Assembly: GCA_052327205.1 (NCBI GenBank)
Contig: CM126204.1
Coordinates: forward strand, 270,506,001-270,570,000
Length of the DNA: 64,000 bases
From: Somniosus microcephalus
Lineage: Eukaryota
Direction of reading: 5' to 3'
Part shown: piece by piece, positions 56,535 to 64,000 of the stretch
How positions within the stretch are numbered: the first letter of the stretch is position 1
Layout of the letters: every line of letters starts with the position of its first letter
The notes under the pieces: model-generated
Told to the model about the DNA's origin: nothing
What the model saw: only the letters and a program-made list of their open reading frames with translations
Databases searched by the model: none
Position numbers and translations under genes: made by a program

Positions 56535-56950
56535 CTTTGATTTCCCCCCCCCCCCCCCCCCCCGATTTTCTCTTTCCTGAAGGCGCTGAAGTACGTGGCT
56601 GCTGGACTCTGGTACCTTGCCCAAATTTGCCTTCCTTCGCATGTAGCTCTTGATGCCGAGTGCCAGAGGGATATTTAACTGGGGAGTGTAGCAACCTGAC
56701 CAGATCCTGTCCTCACTCAAATGTTCCCATGTGTACTTTCGAACAGGGGTCACTGCATAGTAATCAGGAGTGGGAATTTAGGCCGATTTTTCTTTTGTTG
56801 CTCATCTCCTCCCTCCCCCCGCCCCAACCACACCCTGGGGACATGGAGGCAGAAACCCAGTTAACTCAGCAGAGTGCAGGTATGGAAAATTGGGCATTTC
56901 TGCACTGTGGGGCTCACTCAGTCCCACATCCCAATGTGCCATTGAGGGAA
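56535..56950 (-). mobile_element. LF-SINE-like element, near full length
   Basis: Contains cctgaaggcgctga, gatcctgtcctcac, caggggtcactgcatag and aactcagcagag. Confidence 0.7.
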
Positions 56951-58347
56951 CGGTTTTGATGTTTTAAAAACTAATCTCTAGCTGTTGCAGGGGATCTTTG
57001 GCTCTCTGAGTAAAAATATTCCAGGGTTAGTTCATCGGGTCCATATCATTTAACGAGATCAAAGACTATAAGCACAGACAGTCGTGTTATAAAGATGAGG
57101 CAATAGTTCAACTAGTTGGCAAAATTGCTTTCTTGGTATTGGACATGATTTCACTCTTTGAATATTTTGGGAAATCAGAGTGTCGACCCTTGCAGATGGT
57201 GTCACTGGATAGCTAGTAGGAGCACTATTTCCCCCCTACCCTTTGTCAAGGGCACTACAGCCAATTGTATCACTCTCACTGCTGTCCAGGCTAAGATGAG
57301 CTCATTCAGCACATATGAGGCATCAAATTTGAGACTTTCATGATCTGTACAGTTCAGTACCACACCATATGTTGCATTTACCCACTGAGCTATTGGGAAA
57401 TCTGCAATCTGAATTATTGTGTGCAAGACATTGCTAATTATGTAAAACTTGCTTGGTTCTAAAGCTGGGGAATAAATGTTCCATGCAGGTTATAATTGCG
57501 GGAAGATTATTTTGCTGAAGTTAATTATGCTTTAAGTCAACGCAGGTAGCTTGCTGCTGTCTACTGAATTGAAATACTTGTGCATACACAGGCTACCTCA
57601 CAAACTAGATGAAGGGGGTGTGCCCCACTCTCATGACTGGCTTAAATTACAGGTGGGGTTCATACAAACACTGTATTGTTGAAACAATGTGCATCTTTCA
57701 CGAGTGTAGTTCTTAATTGTAATATTAGTCTTAAACATGCAGTAATCTGTACATTTGCCCTCCGTGCCCCTGAGCTAGGGAGGGGGAAAGTTGGCCATGG
57801 TTCTGGACCACAGACAGGACTGGCTTAGCTCTGCTTCCCCCATTGGACGAATATCTTGGCGCTTGTGCAAAAAGAAGGTAATGTCTGCAAGGCCATGAAT
57901 GCATGCCAGTGAGACAACCATACACTACCTTGCACAAAAGACCCTCAGTGCATGCCAGTGTGTCGAGTAATGTTGGCCAGTACAGTTGACATCTGTTGGT
58001 GCTGCAGCCTCTCTCTGGTCTGCCTGGATCTCTGTGTAGTACATCTGCATTGTTTTTTAATTTCACTCTCCTTTCACTTTCCCCTCTACCCCCTCCCGTC
58101 CCCCCTTCCCCAAATAGCTAAAACCCTCTCTCAAAGGCATGGACTTATGATGGGGTGTGGTACCAGTAGCCCTCTGGTACCTCGCTTAAGTGGATATTCT
58201 TTTCTGCCTGTTCCCATTTCCTCCTTGTCCCACCACTCAAAGGCTTTGACTACTTGGAGGGATATAGTTCCATGGCAGCCCATTGCTTTCCGGTATTTTG
58301 CCCAAAAGGCCTTTCTTGTGAGAGCTTAGATGGGCTAGTGTTGCCAG

Positions 58348-58520
58348 CAATGTTCCCTCTAAATTGTCTTTGTTGTGCAGGGCCTGTTTATTTCAGTGAG
58401 CGGTCCCTTTAAATTTCTGCGCATGTGCGGTATTTCAAATGGAAAAGCTTGAGTGGCCTGCGCAGTTCCTTGCCGATTTGCAGCGCGCCTGCGCACGCGC
58501 GCAGCTTAGAGGGAACATTG
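58348..58520. mobile_element. 173-bp hAT-superfamily MITE
   Basis: Perfect 15-bp TIRs caatgttccctctaa / ttagagggaacattg and a perfect 8-bp TSD gttgccag (58340-47, 58521-28). Confidence 0.93.
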
Positions 58521-61129
58521 GTTGCCAGGCCATTGGACTACAAGGGAACATCACAGCCAAACCCAACCCAGTCATTGCCGGAGATCTACATGTTCACTTC
58601 TGTAAGATGCTGCACAGCAGCCAGAAGTGTATACTGAGGACAATGGTAGTGCCTCTACGGTCACCCCAGGTGACAAAAGCCAATTTGGATTAGAAGTCAA
58701 GCCTGGGGCCTTGCTAGAATTATGGCTCCGCTGTTGATTGCATTAACCAGCTGACCTATTACACAGGGAGCAACTTGACCATTCCTGATGTGTGAGCTTT
58801 GACCGTGATCATTGACAGGTTATTCAACTGTGGGAGCCATCACAAGTGAGCCTGATCCTCCCCTCCTTTGGTGTTCCCATATATGCACCTGCCAGCAAGG
58901 TTGTTGGATAGCAAGCAGGAGGAATTATAGTTGTTCCCTAACCAGGAACGTTCAGGGCAATTGCACCCCCTACCATCACTTGGTCAAAATTGGCGGGCTC
59001 AGCAAGGACCGGGGACAGAACTTGAACCACACAAACCAGCAAAGTCCCAATACACATCGCGCAGTGCACTGAAAAACCTCGGGGGGGGAAGAGTTGTTTA
59101 TAAACAGTTTGAACAAAGAAAGTGAACTCTAGGAGTATCTAGATGCTTCAGAAAATCCTATTAACATTTTTAACCTGCATTTAATTTCCTAAATGTATAC
59201 AGATCGCAGGTAAAGGAGGATCCCAGCTGTTTGTTTCTTGTTAAACATACTCTTTCTTCAAGATTAATTTAGGTGCAAGGGGTACTGTGTACATGCACCT
59301 CGTACACTGTGTTGTCTGGCACAGGGATCCAGTGTGTCTCAGTAGTTTGAGAGCAGATGCAGTGCAATTTGCTTTTTGTGTGTGTGTGTTATTTGTGTGT
59401 GGGGGTGGGGGGAGGAGGAGGAGAGGAAGGGGACAGAAAGGGAAGAGGGGGATTGTTATTTGGATGAATGATGATTGCTGCCGTGGAGGACGGGCAAATG
59501 AAGGCAGTTCCAGGGAGGTGGTGAATGTGGATCTGAGGCCAGCTTCCTGCTGCGGTGGGGCTGTCACCACTAGACTGTTCTGCAGCTTCACAGCCCACGC
59601 GGGTTGTTCATTCCATCCTGCTGACACATGCAGCTACTTGGTACTCGATCTGTCATCTGGTTCTGCTCTTGCTAAAAGGGCATGAGCAGGGCCATAGGGG
59701 TTGCCAAGGGAATTAGACTGAACAGTACTTCACGATGTGTTTTATTTCAACACCAGCTTTGTAGCCTCGAGTGTTGTCGATAAAGTTGAAAGAATACCAC
59801 CTTGTGTCTTCAGAAAAATGTCTGCTTTGTTATTTGAGAGGAGCCAGACTTCGGAAGTTTTTTTTTATGAGAAACAATTTTGAGGATTGAGAGCAAGTTT
59901 CTTATTGTTTGGCAATATTTGCATGAAGTTGTAATTTCCAAAATTAGAATTTTTTATATAAAATGCATTTGTTTTTCAAAGGGAGAGACACCCGACTGAT
60001 TCGCATCTGACGTAATATGTTTTGAGTTTTTAAACAATTTACATTTCTTTTAAAAATGACAGCAAATATATTTTCCCTCAATGTACATACTTCATGTCCT
60101 CTGCCCGTCTGCCCTCCCCATCCCTTTGCACTGTTCAGCTATGACAATAGTTGCATTATAATGCAGTGCTGGTGTTTTGAGTTTCCCAGACTTCTGTTGG
60201 GACTCTGCACCAAACTATGGCCAGTAGTGATGTACTTACCATTTTATTTCATATTCTTGCTTTCCCGCTGGTTTTAACATTTGACTATCTTAATCTTGTT
60301 AAATTCCATAAAGTTGCATTTAATGTCAAGTTCTTTTGCCACTGAGAGTAGGATCGAAATGAGTTTGCTATATTGTGTGATCTGTTGAATGTGTGGAATT
60401 TGAAATTTTGGATAAATAATTTTATTGAGGAACCAGTAAAATCTCAGCAGGGACAGGCTTAAATAACAAAATTTGACAGGTATAAATGCTACAATGTGCA
60501 AGTTGGTGGACACCTTCCAGGCAGGGACATGAAAGAGAAGAATCTTCCTGCCCATTGCTCGTGGAGTTTCTGTACACTGACTCACTCTTGTATAATGAGC
60601 TGCTCTGTGGAGGCATAGTTTAAGCCCACGATTAGGCAGTGTATAGTTTCATCCAATCAATTGGGATAGTTTCACAAATATTGCTTTCTGAAAGCAGGCA
60701 CTCAAATTGGTCTCGTACAGAATCCTCATGATGAAGAAAATTTCAACTGAAGTAGATTGTGGTGTGCATTACAGAGGTGTTCTATGTGGCGGTGACTTAG
60801 TGCGTAGAATAGATGAACTTGTTAAGCACAGAGGTGACATGCGGTTTCTCAAGACCCATTCCTCCGCCTGAATATATTGGCAGGCAGAAAGATTGGTACC
60901 CCTGTGGAGTTGCACTGAAACAGATCTGATTTGCCTCAACTCCGATTGGGTCATATAACCTCAGATGCTTTGAAGTGAGAGTCTTCATTACAGCCAATTC
61001 CACTTTTTCCTTCTTTCAAAATACAGGCTAAGCATGGATAAAGTTATCTGTAGGTAAATGGACCATGTGGTATGGTAGTGAGTGTAGCGCGATGTCCCTA
61101 GGTGTCTAATTGGGGAGGGGTGGTGGTGA

Positions 61130-61735
61130 AGAGAGACTTCAGGCTAAGCAGGAATTGGGGAGGTGACCCAAAATGCATTTGAAGAGATAGTTGTTGAGGC
61201 TTTGTCACAAGGCGGAAGGGAGGGAGCTGGGGTGGAATGACTGAAGGCTCTGCCACCGATGGAATGGAAGGTAGGAGGGACGTAAAGACAGCCAATGTCA
61301 GAAAATCGAAGGGTGCGAGCTGAGGAATGGGTCTTGAGGAAGATGCAGGAGCCGAGTGGAGAAAGGCCATGGAGGAATTCATAGACTAGCATGAGAATTT
61401 TGTAATCGTTGTGTGAGCGCATGGGGAGACTGTACATTAGTGAGACTGAGGTGGTAAGTGAGGACTTTATGTGAGATAGGAAGTGAGTGTTGGTGTACTT
61501 CATGAGTTGGAGCTTGTGGAAGGTGACACTTTGGAGGCTGGTAGGGAGGGAGTTAAAGTTGTCAAAAGCTGGTGTGGATGAGGGTTTCAGCGGCAATGGG
61601 TTTAAAGGTAGCGGTGAAGGAATTCGGTATTGGAAAGGTGAAAGTAAATGGTCTTGCTCGTGTGGAGGATGAAGTTTGAAGCTCAGTTCAGGGTCAGATG
61701 GGATACGAAGGTTGCATGTTCTAGCTGAGGTAACT
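61130..61735 (-). mobile_element. Degenerate L2 LINE 3' fragment
   Basis: ORF 61144..61911 remnants include DPELSFKLH, FHKLQLMK, DYKILMLVYEFLHGLSP and SIGGRAFSHS. Confidence 0.7.
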
Positions 61736-61769
61736 GGATAATACTCGGGAACCGGAGTACATGGTTTAG

Positions 61770-62020
61770 TGACCTGTGTTGGAAAAAGTGTGCTTGTAGA
61801 TGTTGGGGTGAGGACAGGATTGGGCTCAGCTGTAATTTCCCCCCCCCCCCCCCCACACCTCCATGATGCTCGAATTGAACTGCTGGCCAGCTGGGATGTA
61901 TGCCCTCGCATGAGAAATAGCCACTTGGGCGTGTTCCCGGAGGATGGTCAGCACTGTGGAACTGAGCCCCAGCAAGGGTCCGCACCTAAAGTAGAGGGAT
62001 GAAAATTGTAAAAAAAAAAA
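61770..62020 (+). mobile_element. LF-SINE-like 3' half
   Basis: Contains ggtgaggacaggattgggctcagctgt...gccacttgggcg...gtggaactgagccccagcaagggtc...gaaaattgt and an A tail. Confidence 0.75.
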
Positions 62021-64000
62021 AGGTTATTTCTCTCTCTCTCTCTCCTCCCACCTTCCCATCAACGTGTCCTAGGCTGAGAATGCACCTCGAAGAACTATTC
62101 TGTGTTACTTTCTATGCCTCTGTCTAACTGGCTTTGGACAAGTAGGCAGTAGAAGCCTCTTTTAACGCTTTTTCTTTCTCTTTCTATCCTGTCCCCCAGC
62201 TAATGGCCAGTGTCTTTTTATTGAGGCGGTTGGGGGGGGGGGGGTGGTGATGAAATCCTGGCATTAAAAGAAATGCTAATTACAAATGTTTAACCAGCAT
62301 TTAATTTGTTCATATTTTCAGAAATGCTGATGGAAGCTATGGAATAAATTTTAAAATTCAACTTTTCAAACAGATTCTAGAAATAGTGACCCTCTGTTAC
62401 AACAGCCAATGCCAACAGAATGTATTCTATTTTGAGCAGAGCTAGTGAGAGTGACAGAATTAGAGGGTGGAACACAAACCCGGAGACAGTTAACAGGAGG
62501 GCGACTTGCACTTTTCTTTACTCTGAACAGTGTCATGGGAGGTTGTAAAATTGTTAATGTTCTATAACTGTAAGGGGAGATGTGAGTGAGCAGATGAACT
62601 CAGTACCCACCAGTCCCTAAGTTTTACATCTTTAGAATAAACTTGGAAGCAAACCCCTGCAGAATTAAATCTGCTTTCATAACTTTGGTTTCGCATTTCT
62701 AGCGCAGTACGAGTTTCTGTCAACCTTGGTGTGGTGCAGTCACTTCAGCACGTGTAAACACACATTTTTGATAGTACAAGATAACATTGCCTTAGCAACT
62801 GGCAGGTGACTAGAGGAGAGGTAGGGTTTCTTTATTTCACCATTTTGGGAAGTTGCGGCTCTTTAGTTATGCATGCATTTCTTTTGGCTCGGCCCCTCTT
62901 CCCTTTAGGTTCAGAGCTGACATTCCCGAAGCATAATGTTGCAGTCTGCAGGACGGGGTTCCAAGTTTCCTGCTCCGATTTTGTTTTGTGCTTGCTTTCT
63001 TTTTCTCTCTCATTTATTTCACCCCCCCCCCCCCGATGAGCACTGGTTCTCATCTGCTATCTGAAGTTGATCCTAAATTAATAGGCGGCAGTTTAAAAAA
63101 AAATGCAAGCACCAAAAATGATTTGGAAAAAGCCTCACTGAAGTGCTGTGTGACCACAGCGGCAAATGAAAGCATGGGCACAGAAACTTCACACTAGGTT
63201 TGGGCTTTTCCTTCTGCAGTCAGCCAGGCAGGTCTCTACTACAGTTAGCTGGTGTATTTAACGATGAATTTGCACCCCCTTGTTCTCAGGCTGTCTCTGA
63301 ACCAACACCCTGCCGATCAGTAACGTTTTTCGAGTGAATTTAAAATCACATGGTTTTTGCAGCTATATTCTTGAGTCTAAAGAGGTATATATATCCGACT
63401 GCTGGTTAGGTGTCTTTAATTTGCTGTGTTTAACTGTTTCCCAATTGTGAGTGATTTTATTTTTTGATGGGGAGTTGATTCTAACTAGTAAACTATTACT
63501 TGAGTAAAGTTGCTTCCAAATCTCTCCCTGATTGTTTTTTGCTTTTAAAGCAGGTTTTTTACTTGATCTTTCAAACTGCCCACAATCACGCAAAAAAACC
63601 CTGCTTTTTTTTGTGACGTCCTGATGTGAGGGACCTAGATCCAAATCGGAACATTCTGTTTCCCTTTTTTTCTAACTTTCTACAGACCAAGAGTTTAAAT
63701 AGACTGATCCATATGAACCGTTGAATCTACGTCCCTCCCGATGTCTGTTTAAATGGTCCCAAGCACTTGGAAATATTCCTTTTGACTGTTTCCAATAATG
63801 GGCATGAGCCTTGATTTGGAATGCAGCAGTGATGGCAATTCTGCAGACCCTTGTAGATACTAGGCTTTCCCTTCAAAATGTATTGATTTGTATAGAGCAG
63901 ACTGCATGGGAAGTTGTAGAAATATGTCAAGGGAGACCACGTGAGTGATGAGATAATTGGATTGTACAACTTGTGTGCTAAAACTGAAAAGAAACTGACC

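Overview
Vertebrate nuclear DNA, most likely a cartilaginous fish (shark), judged from HE1/V-SINE, SacSINE1-type DeuSINEs, abundant CR1 and Penelope-like elements. Two host genes lie in tandem on the + strand. The last coding exon and 3' UTR of a KEAP1 gene sit at 6512-~7550. The CpG-island promoter and coding exons 1-4 of SSBP3 sit at 34654-39739 (LUFS/LisH domain), and intron 4 runs off the window. Most of the rest is layered transposon debris: CR1, L2, Rex1/Babar, RTE and RTE-X LINEs, a Penelope-like element (RT + GIY-YIG + degenerate hammerhead ribozyme), Penelope-derived fold-back elements with TSDs, roughly 25 LF-SINE-like copies, a KIAA1586-like hAT transposase fossil and MITEs. Best leads: (1) a CpG-rich candidate alternative first exon of SSBP3 at 21077-21303 that is in phase with exon 2; (2) a ~137-bp inverted repeat with arms 1.6 kb apart in SSBP3 intron 4; (3) a piece of the KEAP1 3' UTR copied into a SINE in KEAP1's own intron; (4) KEAP1-SSBP3 linkage suggesting the KEAP1A ohnolog, with a shortened Cys-sensor tail; (5) hammerhead-centred hairpin insertions. 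I cannot show that any of these is a new biological system. Repeat family names come from motif recognition, not database searches, and repeat boundaries are approximate.
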